Numbered from the stretch's first letter, positions 1-12,235 are shown. The stretch is DNA of 64,000 nucleotides from Octopus sinensis (GCF_006345805.1 NC_043004.1:16864001-16928000), one strand, 5' to 3'. Numbers and translations: made by a program. The notes: generated by a model not told the origin, from the sequence alone.

Positions 1-381
1 CACGGACGCAAACACATATCTTAGAACACAATGCAGTAAGTGGAGCAAGAAAACGAAAAGTGTTGCTGAAGAGGTCACAGATGTGTGACATAAGATTTCC
101 GGACAATGGACATGAGTTAAAATAAAAAAAGAAAAATATGAACACTAATAAATGAGTGAAGAACAAATATATAGTGCGTGTGTTTATCTGGCAAAAAGAA
201 ATATATAAGTAAAAATGACCAACCCGAAATACAACAATATCTGTTTCACCACACAATTTCTCATCGGGGATCTTGCAACATAAATTGATAAAGATTACAA
301 GGAAACAGTTTTATATTTAAGAGATGAGGAATTATGTACATTATTTACATTTGATGGATATTTGTCCTCATCTTGTTTATT

Positions 382-428
382 AACACAATGTTTCGGCTGA
401 TATACCCTACAAGCCTTCATCAGGTGTC
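382..428 (-). ncRNA. Minimal type I hammerhead ribozyme motif, family 1 (degenerate)
   Basis: Minus strand GACAC-CUGAUGA-A-GGCU..AGCC-GAAA-CAUU-GUGUU: core intact, stem I 5 bp, stem III AACAUU one change from palindromic AACGUU. Confidence 0.7.
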
Positions 429-481
429 TTGGGAAAATTGCAAACCTGGGTTCTCCTTCAGAAGGTATTTTTCGGTGTTGC

Positions 482-532
<51 letters not shown>

Positions 533-638
533 CATTATTATTATTCCGAGTTCGATTCCAGGCAGTGACCTGAATAATAATAGTAATAACATCGAAAAAT
601 ACCTGAGGAATATGAACCTAGGTTCGAAATTTACCCAA

Positions 639-684
639 GACACCTGATGAAGGCTGGAGGGTATATCAGCCGAAATATTTTGTT
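639..684 (+). ncRNA. Minimal type I hammerhead ribozyme motif, family 1
   Basis: GACAC-CUGAUGA-A-GGCUG(10 nt)CAGCC-GAAA-UAUU-UUGUU. Stem III is the palindrome AAUAUU; the first stem I pair is mismatched. Confidence 0.7.
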
Positions 685-2279
685 AACAACAAACAAGATG
701 AAGAGAAATATCCGTCAAATGTAAATAATGTAAATAATTACAAGGAAAGCCTTCAATAAAACGTACTCAGAGATAACTGTTGAGCCTATATGGAGATGCG
801 TCTCTGTGTTAATAACTCAGCATATGTGACGGTTACAAGAAATGATAATTCGCTTATACAATATTGATCAAATGACATTAGTATTTAAACATGTTGAGTT
901 ATAAACAAGAATCTATCTGAAACAAGGTGTACTGAATGTAATGAAAATGGCGTGTTTATTTTTAAATTTGATTTGGTCACCACTGTCGAGGCGTTATTAG
1001 AAATTTTTTTTCAGTGTCTGGCTATTTCATATGTAAAATAATTGTATGTACTGATATTTTCGTATGAATCGATAATTCAGAAAGTCTAAACTATTTCCAT
1101 GCAATGGGCGAAGTTCATACATTTTGGCTGTTAGTTATAGTCTCGATATACGATTATGAAATTTCATTTCAATTATTCCTCTCCTTTCTACGATTTTCTC
1201 CTATTAGGCTGTCACCCTACATAAGTAGATTCAAAACTTTTACTAGAACTACCGAATTTAGCAAATATATAATCTTAGGTATTTTAATAAAACCAATTTT
1301 CCAAAATATTGGACTCACTTCCATACTTTTCCCGAGCTTGAGGTGATATTTCTCGGTTTTTGTTGCAACAGACGTTCTACCATACTAGAATATCTCTCGC
1401 AACTATTTTGCACATTTTATCAAATATTTCACCAATAAAAGAAATTCTTCTTGTGGACGCTTTCAGAATTAAACACTACCTATAAGATTTGAATCGACGT
1501 TTCATATCATCAGAGAATCGTATGATTCTCTGCTTATGGGTCTGCAGTGATGCATATATGCTTTTCTAAGTGATAGGAGACAGTTTCAGCCTTTTTATTT
1601 CCCCTTAAACTAAGCTACGATTTTGTTTTCCAAAAATAACAAATACGATGCGTTCCAGACTTTACACATAACACAATAATTTTTGTAGTCTTCTTTCGTT
1701 TATTAGTTTTTTTCATTCAGTTTACCAATTACCTACGATGCAATTTTCCATAACGTTTGAAACGAAATACTTTATTGGCTTCGTTTTTTTATATGTATTT
1801 GTTTCAAATAAAGTGTTTTGCCTTCTAAGTATTCAAGCTATGTTTCTATAATTACATTCATTTGTGTCATAGTATAAAAAAACACAGACGTTCAGTATGC
1901 TATAATATTATTAGATATTCTCATACGTACACTCTTTTAGAATATTAGATCGTCTCATTCGAGAATTACTTTATCAGCTTAAGAGATTAAAAACAGACAC
2001 GCACTTAAAACAGGATATCTTTTAATCCCATTTAAATCAACAGTGATTTTACAACAATTGCAATATTTTCCCACCAGAAAAAAAAAAAATAATGCATTAT
2101 ATAAATACCTATTCATGCGTCAAACAACTTCAACAGAAAACTACACATTTAACCATCATATAAACAACACACTAGGTTGCTGTGTGAAACGTAATTAGAC
2201 TTTTGTTTAAATTTGAGATTCTTTGAATAATATCATTAATCGACTTCCATTAGAAGGATAGGAATTGAACAAATCGTGT

Positions 2280-2780
2280 ATCTATTTTGTATATGTGTGT
2301 GTATACACACACGCACATATATATATATATACATCTTTTAAGTAGTTAAGTACATATAAATATACGTATATGAGCACACACAAATACATATATATATGTG
2401 TGTGTATTATGTATATATATATGTATATATGTATATATGTGTATGTATGCATGTATGTATATATGTATGTATGTATTCAAATGCCGGTTTGTCAACAAAA
2501 CCAATTTATACGGTAAACAGTGTAGTGTATGAGTGTACATAATTATATTCACATTCGTAAATATATATAGATATACATATAGATAGATAGATAGATAGAT
2601 AGACAGATAGATAGATAGATAGATAGACAGACAGACATACGTACATACATGTATGCATACATGCATGCCTACATACATACATACATACATACATACATAC
2701 ATGCCTACATACATACATACATACATACATACATACATACATACATACATACATACATACATACATACATACATACATAC
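2280..2780. repeat. Compound microsatellite (TA/TATG/GATA/CATA)
   Basis: Directly visible; similar blocks recur across the window (e.g. 30180-30560, 49560-49985, 53630-54300). Confidence 0.95.
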
Positions 2781-3888
2781 ATAGCTGGTTCCACTTACAG
2801 TAAAATTAAGTGTCCATAGCTCAATTCATTTCCTGTTTAAATATTACATTATTCTGAATATAAATTCACAAAAGAAAATTTAACTTAACGAGGTAATTGT
2901 TAGATGTGTCATGTCTTGTTGCAAACAGCCATCTCAGCTGATATTACTTTTACTTTGCAATATAGACATTTTATCAAAACTTACATAATATACCGGATAG
3001 AATGCCTGTTTGTTAAAATTAATCTCATATCTCCCTGATTTATTTTAATATATTTTTTTATCTTATTGCTTATCTGCTTTGATGTAATAAAATGTTTGAT
3101 GTTATAATATTGGAGAAATGAATGAATAATTCTTTAGTTTATTGCCACATGGGCAAAGAATGAGGAACTTTACACTGCATAAAGCATATACCAGTTGAAC
3201 TGCTTATACTGAGTTTGAAAGGAAGAACAAAAGGATCATGACGTACAAAATACGAAGGCGATCAACTCTGAGGATCATTAGCAAGTTTGATTAAAAAAGG
3301 GAAAGCTAAGTGACCGTTTTCTTGCGGCTCTTTACGTTCTGGTGAACTTTACTAGTGAAGTACGTGGATCAATATTATCGATTTGTCCCCTTCTCTCAAA
3401 ATTTCTTTCTTTGACCACTGCAATGGACTGGTGATCCGTTGAGGGGCAATGGTGTGATCTCCGTTACTTATATACCATGGAAAACGTGCAATCGGATTTA
3501 TATGTCCTAGGGCTCAAGAAAAAAATAAAAATGAAATGACATGAAATTCAAGGTGAACCAAAGCCTCCGTTCGTAGGTAATGCCAATTATTTGTGTTAGT
3601 TACGAACAGTTTGTTCATTCCTGCCACCCGGCTCAAATGAACAGAATGCTTGCTAACACGCTCAAACTATGTTAACTAGTCTCACAGCTTTATTTGCTAC
3701 AGATGTACAAAAGACGCCAAGAAAAGGATTTAATTTCATTCTTCGTGGAAATTATATCTTACGTAATACGTAAATTGAATTAATAAAACAGGTAAACGAA
3801 AAACAAAACTACACAGATTATTGCCTTATATTGTGATTTGTTATCTCTGCAGTCTTGAACGCATCTCGTTAGTTATTTTGCAAGACAA

Positions 3889-3935
<47 letters not shown>

Positions 3936-3936
<1 letters not shown>

Positions 3937-4270
3937 CTAAAACAATACTTGTTGTCATAGGTGCCCTGGGAATGATAGCAAAAGGGGCTGATTGCTGCCT
4001 AACTCAGATACCAGGAAACCCCAAAATGGCAGAAATTCAAAAGATAGTGCTCATGGGAACTGCTCATATCCTACGCAAAATACTTTCTTTGTAATCTCAA
4101 GTTTTAAAACAGACATAATTTTTGTATGATTTTTTAGGCATTTACTAGTACAACACTAAGTGCAAAACCAAATATATGGCACCCTAGGCATAACACCAAC
4201 TTGTTGCTCTTGAGGTCTCTGTGTGAGACCTGGAGCCAGCTTGAGTAAATGTAAAGCAAAAGTCAAACAT
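3936..4270 (+). mobile_element. 5'-truncated R4/Dong-type non-LTR retrotransposon (RLE C-terminus plus 3' UTR) in (TAA)n
   Basis: 3936-4094 translates TKTILVVIGALGMIAKGADCCLTQIPGNPKMAEIQKIVLMGTAHILRKILSL*. 3' UTR hairpin AGGTCTC/GAGACCT; (AAT)n on both sides. Confidence 0.85.
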
Positions 4271-4298
4271 ATAATAATAATAATAATAATAATAATAA

Positions 4299-4438
4299 CA
4301 TCAAAAAATACCTTAGGAATGAGAACCCAGGTTCGAAATTTTCCCAAGACACCTGATGAAGGCTGGAGTGTATATCAGCCGAAACATTGTGTTAACAAGA
4401 TGAGAACAAATATCCGTCAAATGTATATAATGTAAATA
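4299..4438 (+). mobile_element. Single copy of the family-1 HHR-bearing repeat
   Basis: Colinear with 587-738 and, like it, begins right after (AAT)n. Confidence 0.75.
4348..4393 (+). ncRNA. Minimal type I hammerhead ribozyme motif, family 1
   Basis: GACAC-CUGAUGA-A-GGCUG(10 nt)CAGCC-GAAA-CAUU-GUGUU; stems I and II fully paired. Confidence 0.72.
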
Positions 4439-4529
4439 GGCTGAGTTTTATTTTGAAAGAGTGAAATGGGGTGCAAGAAAAATTCTTTATTTGATAAAAC
4501 ATTCATGAGTATAGTATAAGATATAGTTG

Positions 4530-6040
4530 CGATGGTTGTTGGCCGGTCACATACAGCTTTCATAAAATTTGTGGGACAAGTAGCAGCAACGACAAGAACA
4601 TCCTAATTGAAAGAGGCAGTGGTGGTACAATGTAGTTAACAGGGACAGTGCCGGAGATGGGAGGAATATGTAGTCAGTCGCAGAATCTCATGGAAGGAAC
4701 TTTGGGCTTGGGAACAAGCAAGAACATCCTTCCTGATCAAGTCTGCCTTCAACAGCTAATTTAGACCGGTGGAACATGCTAAAAAACTGATGAATGTATA
4801 TGCGGAGAGGAAACGACAGTAAGACATGTTCTGTCACATTGCAGGCTAGTACTAGAGAAATATACGTGGCGTCACAATCAAGTCCTTGGTGTGATACGTG
4901 CAGCACTCAAGAAGATCGAGGGATATAAAAGGGGAGAATACCCAAAAGTGGAAAAGCTCGGGAAAATATACTTCCAGAAGGAGGGAAAAGGACATAAGGC
5001 CAGGCATTCAAGTAAAATATACGAGAAAAACGAAGGATGGAAGGGATATTGGGAGCTGGCCGTAGATTAGGAAAACTGTTAATATTTCCACTCATAAAAA
5101 CAAAAAGACCGGACTTAATCCTATGGAACACAGAACGGAAAATTTAATTTTGCTAGAGCTGACAGTGCCATGAGAAGAGAACATCACTAATGCAAAGCAA
5201 CAGGAGAGGTTGTATGATAGATGAATCGAAGAGTGCAGAGAACAGGGAGGGGCTGTTGAGTATTACCACCTGGTAATGGGGGCTAGAGGCTTCATTGAAA
5301 GGAAAGTGACGACGTTATTTAAAAGGTTTGCATTTTCGAGCTCAGATCTGAGAAAAGTAATAAGGAGGATACAGGAGACAGGCGACAAAGCCAGCTTCTA
5401 TATATGGCAGAAGTGCAAAGACACAAAATAGCTTGAAAGCCATAACATGCAACCTGGGAAATATCGTCGCGAGGTGAGGCTAGTTAACACTTAAGCAGTA
5501 TCGCTGATTGACAGGTGGGCCAAGGTATCGATCTTGTTCATAGCGCACTCTCCTCCTGGTTCGAAGGCTTCTACCACCAAAGAGCTGGTAGGCTCTGGCT
5601 ACTAGAACTGAAATTAACACGACACTGTTGGAAGGCAGGTTTAGAGAGGACACGGGCTAAAATTACGCGCCCTTCCCCTTCATTGATCAGTTGAAGCTTA
5701 GACAATGTCACGTGAAAGTTAGCTGGTCTTGGCTGCTGGAGCCTACGGGCGAGTATTTAAAGGGAAATTTGGCGGGATGGTCAGTCGCCCGCTGACATTC
5801 GTTGACGCTGCATCGAAGAAATCAAGGAACAAAAGAAAAAAAGGTGAAAGAAGAAATGCACTCAACACCAGAGCTGAAGAAACCTCCGAAAGTGGGATGG
5901 GGTGCCGGGTCGAAAGCGGTAGAGGAATAGGGGCCGAAACCCGACATGGCTCCTCCTGATGAAGTCTTTAGCCACTGGATCCTATAAAGGAGCTGTTGAG
6001 GCAGCGAACCACGAAACATGGTTGGAATTCCTCGGCATTT
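4530..6040 (+). mobile_element. Decayed 3' half of a Hero-clade RLE non-LTR retrotransposon with putative long 3' UTR
   Basis: Across stops and frameshifts: QGQCRRWEEY..ISWKELWAWEQARTSFLIKS, LPSTANLDRW, zinc knuckle CICGEETTVRHVLSHC, YTWRHNQVL (4861), RPDLILW (5106), LELTVP*EEN, MGARGF; stop at 5429-5431. The 3' boundary is inferred from the GC-richer composition. Confidence 0.8.
5906..5969 (+). ncRNA. Candidate non-circularly permuted (pseudoknotted) hammerhead ribozyme
   Basis: Segments GGUA-GAGGA (5918-5926), GGGGCC-GAAACC (5930-5941) and UCCUC-CUGAUGA-A-GUCUUU (5951-5969) supply the core and three stems in scrambled order. Confidence 0.5.
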
Positions 6041-8070
6041 TTTATATATTCTGTGCTCTCACAACAAAATCGAGCAAAGTGTTTTGCTTTTGATTTAGCG
6101 TTTTCTTTACAGTGTTGAAAGTATTTGATGCCCTTTGTTTGCAGTCGTTATATTATTTCCATGCTTTGTGTATATGTCAGTCCACGAGTTATAATTAGGC
6201 ATTTTCTGTTCATTTTATCATCATTTACGAGGTATAGTTATAGACACTGTGTCTGTTTCCAAAAAACTTTCGATTTTGTCAATTCTTTCAGGGACACGTT
6301 ATCGTTGGAAACGATTCTTTGAGCAAATAGTACAATATTTACTTATTCTTTGAGAACTCTAACCATATCTTCCTCCCTTTGTGAATTGCTGTTTTATAAT
6401 TATTATATACTTGTATGACATCCATAAACTTTTTGACCAGGTGGTTAATAATAACGAAATACTAAATGCTCTAAAATTTCACAAATTATTGAACAAAGGT
6501 GCAATTTATAAGAAAATAAACATTTATTATTTATGTAAACAAATGAGCAAATTGTAGAATGCGAAAAATATCTGAAAGATTATTTTATACAGATGATGAT
6601 GCTTTCTATCACATGTTTGTTGTACAAATGAAAACGAAGTTAATTCTAGTCTCAACTCTTCCTTGACATCCAATATTTTCCAATGTTTGTTAATTACATC
6701 TAAAGTGGAGAAACTACTTTCACTTTCAGTTTGTAAGAAAAAGAATTTAAAATTGGACAACCTTTTTTAAAAAAAATTGGATAATCTTCCTTAAATTTAA
6801 CCAAATTTTAGCTAGTAAGACGTTCGCAAATGTTTGTCTCGGAGCAGCGAAACATAAAATTTAGATTAAGGAATTCACTTCGAGTACACTTAAACCACTT
6901 TCACACTGAATAAATATCTAATCCACATTTTGTTAGCATGGATGAGGGTTGGCATTCATTTAAATCTTTGCATTAATTCTGAGACGCGATATTGCGTTAC
7001 TCCACAATGTATGTATAATTGCAGATTAACTTCCGAATGATTTCTAAAAAAAGAGAAAAAAAAAGAAACTAGATAATGCTTCAAGGGTTTAAAATTTTTA
7101 GAACTCACTTTTCTACGTAATTTTTCTTAATTGGTACTTTTATTCCCTCGTTCAATTTAAAAATATTTTGTGTCTTATAGCTTTAAATGTAAAATCACGA
7201 ATACATAAAATGTTATACAAATTGGTCAAACCTACTAAGCATTAGGTTTGCTGAATCTATTTTCAACATTAATTGCTTATTCCTTTATTCTTTTGTTTCA
7301 GTAATTAAACTGCAGCCATGCTGGGGAGCCACATTAAAATTCACTGCTTATTTTAAAATCTAGCACTTATTTTATTATCACTTTATGCTGAACCGCTAAG
7401 TTTAGAAACATCTAAACAGGCATGAGTGTGTAACTTCAAATTAAGCATTTATTGGATGCAATAAATATAATAATAAATTAATTAATCAAATTAAGTATTT
7501 ATTGGAAGTTGTTTCTCTATAACAGATCATAAAACAGTCTTCAAATTTAGAAAAAAACATCACTTTAATAATTCTCTATCATTGATAATGCATTATAGCA
7601 AATAATTATGGCTATTATCTTTAATTTTAGAAACTTTATATATCTGTCATAATATCCGCACGTACAAATAACGGTTTTGATCTTGTTATTCCACTTCTCA
7701 TCACTTAATCTTTTATTACCATAGCTTATAGTGGCCTAAACACTAGTTGACTATTGTTACTTCTACTCAGAACTGATCCATTATAAAAATGGAAGAGTTC
7801 TTTCCGATACATAAATTAGAAAGAAATCAATGAAAAATAATTGTGATCATTGAATTAGAACAAATCTCGATTTAATGATAATACATAAAAATTAGTTATC
7901 AAAATGAATAAATGTGTTAGTCTGGGTCAAACAAATTAAAAGTGCTTAATAGGATGATTATATTATTTTCTGATTTCATGGAAACGCTACCCTTATAAAA
8001 AATATTGCTGCGAGGTATTTTGTTGGACAGTCAGCTACCATCCATCACACAATGATGCCACAATTAATTA

Positions 8071-8280
8071 TTTCTAATTTAGACACAAAGCCTGAAATTT
8101 TAGATTTGGAGTGTGTCGACCACATCAACCGCAGGGCTCGACTTATATTTATTTCATCGACCTCGAAAGAATGAATGGCAAAGTCGAGCTCGGTGGAATT
8201 TGAACTCAGAACGTAAAGACCTACGAAAAGCCGTTAAGCATTTTGTCCAGCGTGCTAATAGCGCTGCCAGTCTGTCACCT
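8071..8280 (-). mobile_element. tRNA-derived SINE, family A
   Basis: Reverse complement of the family A head (A box TGGCAG..TTAG, B box GAGTTCAAATTCC) and the GCCTTTCATCCTTTCGGGGTCGAT-type central domain. Confidence 0.75.
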
Positions 8281-8299
8281 TAATACTATCAGCATGGGA

Positions 8300-8487
8300 T
8301 TCTAAGTTAGGCACAAGGTCGGCAGTTTTTCAGAAGAGGGGATTAGTTGATAGTATTTGACTGGTACATTATTTTATCGATGCCAAGAGAATGAAATACA
8401 AAGTTGACCTCAGCAGCACTTGAACTGAGAATGTCAAGAGCTGTAACTAAAGACATGATATTTTGTCCGACACCGATTCTGCTAATC
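8300..8487 (-). mobile_element. Degenerate SINE family A
   Basis: Weak colinearity with other family A copies. Confidence 0.5.
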
Positions 8488-8677
8488 TTTCGCTTTCAAT
8501 GCTTTTTAATCAGATGCAATGGTAGCAATTTTGTGGAGAGGAGTAATAGCCGATCAAACCGATCCTAGTAGTTGACTGGTGCTTTTAGTAATCCCAGAGA
8601 GATACAAGGCAAGCTGACTAAAGCATAATTTGAACACGGAATGTAAAGAGCTGGAAGGGTAAGGTACTTTGTCAGAT

Positions 8678-8840
8678 GCAGAACCGTTAGCACGCCGGGC
8701 AAAATGATTTGCGGCATTTCGTTCGCCTTCGTGTTTTGAATTCAAATTCCACCAAGGTAGACTTTGCCTTTCATCCTTTCTGGGTCGATAAAATAAGTAC
8801 AAGTTGAGCAATTGCTGGCCTTGTACCAAAATTTGAAACC
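8678..8840 (+). mobile_element. SINE family A monomer
   Basis: GCAGAACCGTTAGCACGCCGGGC head, central domain, tail ..CCAAAATTTGAAACC. Confidence 0.8.
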
Positions 8841-10152
8841 AGTAATGATAGTAATGATTTTTTTTATAAATGATATTTAAAATGTATAAATTTACAAACA
8901 AATATTTTTAAAAGCATTTTTTTTAAATACAACCATTTCTAACAATGCCACAGAATCCCAAATTTATAGAAATATTATAGTCAATATAAACACTGTTATT
9001 ACGAGGTTGTTATATTGTCGGCGCAGAAAAGATGATAAAGTGGAACCAGATAATATTCTAACTAAGAATAAAAGGCAACATTACTAAGTTTCTTTCACAC
9101 AAAACAAGAAGTGTTCCAGTTACCATTGTCATCTGTATAAAGCAATATCTTTTAATACTTTGCAAAATAATACAGTTTCTTTACAATAATAAATGCAATA
9201 TATTCTACAAGGAACAAACAAAAGGCAACACATTCTATCTTCAGTTGTTTTTGTTCATTTGTAAATAACATTTTAAAATGTCAACGTTGCCAGAGAGGAT
9301 TCTTAAAGTCGAAAGTTGAGCGCGATAATAATGATTAGCAATTATAAACGCAATCAGAATTTAGCAATTCACATAAGACATAGTGTTTTCAAACAAACGG
9401 AACTTTTAAATAATCCCAAGAATAATTAAAATAATTAAAATCATACTTTCCTGATTATATACACCGTAAACAAATAAAATTAATAATACATAACAAGAAA
9501 ATTAATTAATATATTCTGAATACACACCTGCAAGTATTATTCTCCTTGCTGCTGTTTAACCCTGCATCCTACTATTCAAGCAAGCTTTTATCACACATAT
9601 TCTGGTCTCGACATTCACGTCTTTTTGTATATCTAGAGCTATCCATTATATATATTTTCTTTTGTTCTAATTTAATGGATATTTTTATGCTATTTCAAGC
9701 AAATCAAGCAAGCGCAAAAAGAATCACACGCCGAGAAATGCGATTCATATAGCTTTGTTTACTGACAAGCTCAAATCTACATCTCTAGTTGCAACGAAAT
9801 AATAGACAGACAGACAGATAGATAGAGAGAGAGAGATATACACAAATACGCACTATAATACGCATACTTATACACTTATAAAAGCTGGTAAAGAGTTGGA
9901 AATATTGATCCGAGAAATAATGAAAACAAATAGTCTCGTGACAGAAATATAGTGAAGCGATTCAAAGGTGATAACCTTACTGTTATTCTCTTGCGAGAAA
10001 AACGCACAGATAAGATAACAAGAAAGGCTAAACAACACCACTTGCTCCAATTCTCTGAACGGATAATTACTGCTCTTATTATATACGCGGATACACACGC
10101 GCACGCATGCAAACCCACACACACACACACATATATATATATAAATAAATAA

Positions 10153-10204
<52 letters not shown>

Positions 10205-10380
10205 ACAGCCATGATGTATGTATATATGTATATATATATATGAGAGGTATTATTATCCAGAAGACCCAAGCAGCCGGATGAGACTATGTAAGTGCTAGGG
10301 TAGGACGGTAGTCAGACTCTCGGTTCGATAATAATACGAGTGAGTGGTCTAATGCAGTTCTTGTGTGAGCATGTATACGT

Positions 10381-10574
10381 TAAATAAAATCAGACAACAA
10401 AGGTAAGGCTTTCTGGAATTTATAGAACATTTATAAAGAGAAAGGTAGTCTTACAGCTGTTTCTGGTATATTAGGAATATCCCTAATATCCCGGAAACAG
10501 CTATAAGACTACCTTTCACTTTATAAATGTCCTATGAATCCTACACAACCTTTGTTTTTCTCTCATTTTATTTA
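10381..10574. repeat. ~94-bp-arm imperfect palindrome, 6-nt spacer
   Basis: 10381-10475 is complementary to 10482-10574 (about 80-85% by eye); the right arm runs into (TA)n. Confidence 0.85.
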
Positions 10575-10582
10575 ATATGTTC

Positions 10583-10636
<54 letters not shown>

Positions 10637-10711
10637 GCGCTTGCTTTCACAAATGAAGGAAGTATTTCTCAATACTTGCAGTTTACATGTATTATTAGAT
10701 ACTGACGAAGT

Positions 10712-10914
10712 AGACAAGCTGGCAGAAACGTTAGCACGCGGGGCGAAATGCTTAGGAGTATTTCGTCTGCCTTTAAGTTCAAATTCCGCCGAACTCAACT
10801 TTGCCTTTCATCCTTTCGGGGTCGATATATTAAGTGCCAGTAGCGTACTGGGCTTTCTCTAATAGACTGGTTCCCTCCCCAAAAGTTACGGGCCTACTGC
10901 CTAGATAGAAAAAA
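10712..10914 (+). mobile_element. SINE family A monomer
   Basis: Head and central domain as in other copies. Confidence 0.8.
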
Positions 10915-11199
10915 TTATTAGAAACTCACAACTTCTTGAATCACTAGTGGAAATATTCCGTTACCAATTATTCAAGCGATTGACATAGAGAAGCAGTATG
11001 GTAAAATCTAAGCAAAAATATTCGTAAAGGCAACTGAATATGTCTAATCTACGTGCTTTATAGAATACCTATAATTGTTGTGGGATTAAGTATTTTATAA
11101 CTCTGAAGAGAAGAGTTTGGTCACCGAGATGTGATTCTAGCCATGCTATGATTGTGCTTTCGTCACAACAGAACGTCGTTATAGTGAGAACCAACGTTT

Positions 11200-11720
11200 A
11201 GTACGTCTGTGGTTATGTACTGTTCAGGATTATTAAAAGTTTGTCTGGTGTGGTGATGCTCTCTTCGTGTAAGATAAGTTTTCTTAACTGTTGAAGAAAA
11301 ACAATTTAGTATATTGTTTTACTTCGAGAATAATTTCAACGTTTGGTGTTTAGGTTGCAAGTGCACGATACACGGTTGGGAATCTTTAAAGAAGAATAAA
11401 AGGTAGAGTTACTTGCTGAAGAGCGGATATTGCTGGACATGAAAGCAAGTAGTTTATGTATGGAAGAAAGGTTTTCAAAGATAAGAATAGATCTCGGTAG
11501 ACCAGAAACTAAGATTCGAAGCAGAGAGAATGACTGAAGATTTTGGTGAGCTAGTTGTGAGGTACGTGGGTTGAGAGAAAGGGAAGAGACATTATCAAGG
11601 CCGGTAATCTTGTGGATTAGAAGCAACCAAAGGTACGTTCGCATCTGGCATGTGTGTATTAAGTCGAAACTGGTTATGAGTACACAGATATTAGAGAGAT
11701 GGAACTTTTCCAGTGGATAA
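11200..11720 (-). pseudogene. Possible decayed N-terminal ORF region of a Penelope-like element
   Basis: ORF 11336-11644 (LSLNPRTSQLAHQ..NSTFYSSLK) resembles Penelope N-terminal regions from recollection only; no RT motif is present. Confidence 0.3.
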
Positions 11721-12004
11721 GATTTTCGATTTAAATATCTAGCAAATTGTACAGTGTGTGAGTGCGGTGCAAGTTTAAAAATTATGCAACGAAGTGAAAT
11801 TCGTTAAAGCGAGCTAGATATCAAGAGATGGTATTAAAACATCAGGCGTGATATTCTTACAGTCCAGGAGAAATTAGACATCCACGTTATAAACAGCTGC
11901 ACTACATTACATTAATGGCAGCCCAGATTCAACAGCATCCCAGTATGCGTATGAACACACACGCACACACTCACACAAAGGTGCATCTGCTCTCTCTCTT
12001 TCTT

Positions 12005-12084
<80 letters not shown>

Positions 12085-12086
<2 letters not shown>

Positions 12087-12235
12087 AAGTTAATCCAAAC
12101 ATGAAAACACAAAGAGAAAATACAAAAACGCGAGGACGTGGAAGAAGTATAGTGTTATTGGACGCTCAGGAAAGGAAAGATCCAAAGAAGGGAAGACGGA
12201 GGGAAAAATTGCCAATGATACACACGCGGTCACAT
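12085..12235 (-). mobile_element. Repeat family D (Penelope-like terminal repeat), HHR segment deleted
   Basis: Colinear with 31517-31725; abuts (TA)n at TAAAGTTAATCCAAACATG. Confidence 0.6.

Larger units (their letters stand above)
306..736. mobile_element. Non-autonomous Penelope-like element: two divergent inverted copies of a ~150-175-bp HHR-bearing repeat around an (ATT)n core
   Basis: 306-480 is the reverse complement of 587-738, the left arm being ~25 bp longer at its 3' end. Flanked by a perfect 12-bp direct repeat ATTACAAGGAAA (294-305, 737-748). Family assignment is inferred from the minimal HHR and inverted arrangement. Confidence 0.75.

Noticed and set aside
1496-1513. Minus-strand CUGAUGA-UAU-GAAACGUC
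   Set aside because: Core words are present but there is no stem II and no stem I pairing; at most a destroyed remnant.
5525-5615. Possible HDV-like ribozyme (CCTCCT loop, CTACC/GGTAG hairpin, GGCTA)
   Set aside because: P1 and the P2-P3 junction could not be built consistently.
6527-6760. 77-aa minus-strand ORF that looks non-repetitive
   Set aside because: No recognisable domain and no convincing splice sites.
10702-10732. CTGACGA...GAAACGTT
   Set aside because: No stem I or II; the GAAACGTT belongs to a SINE A head.
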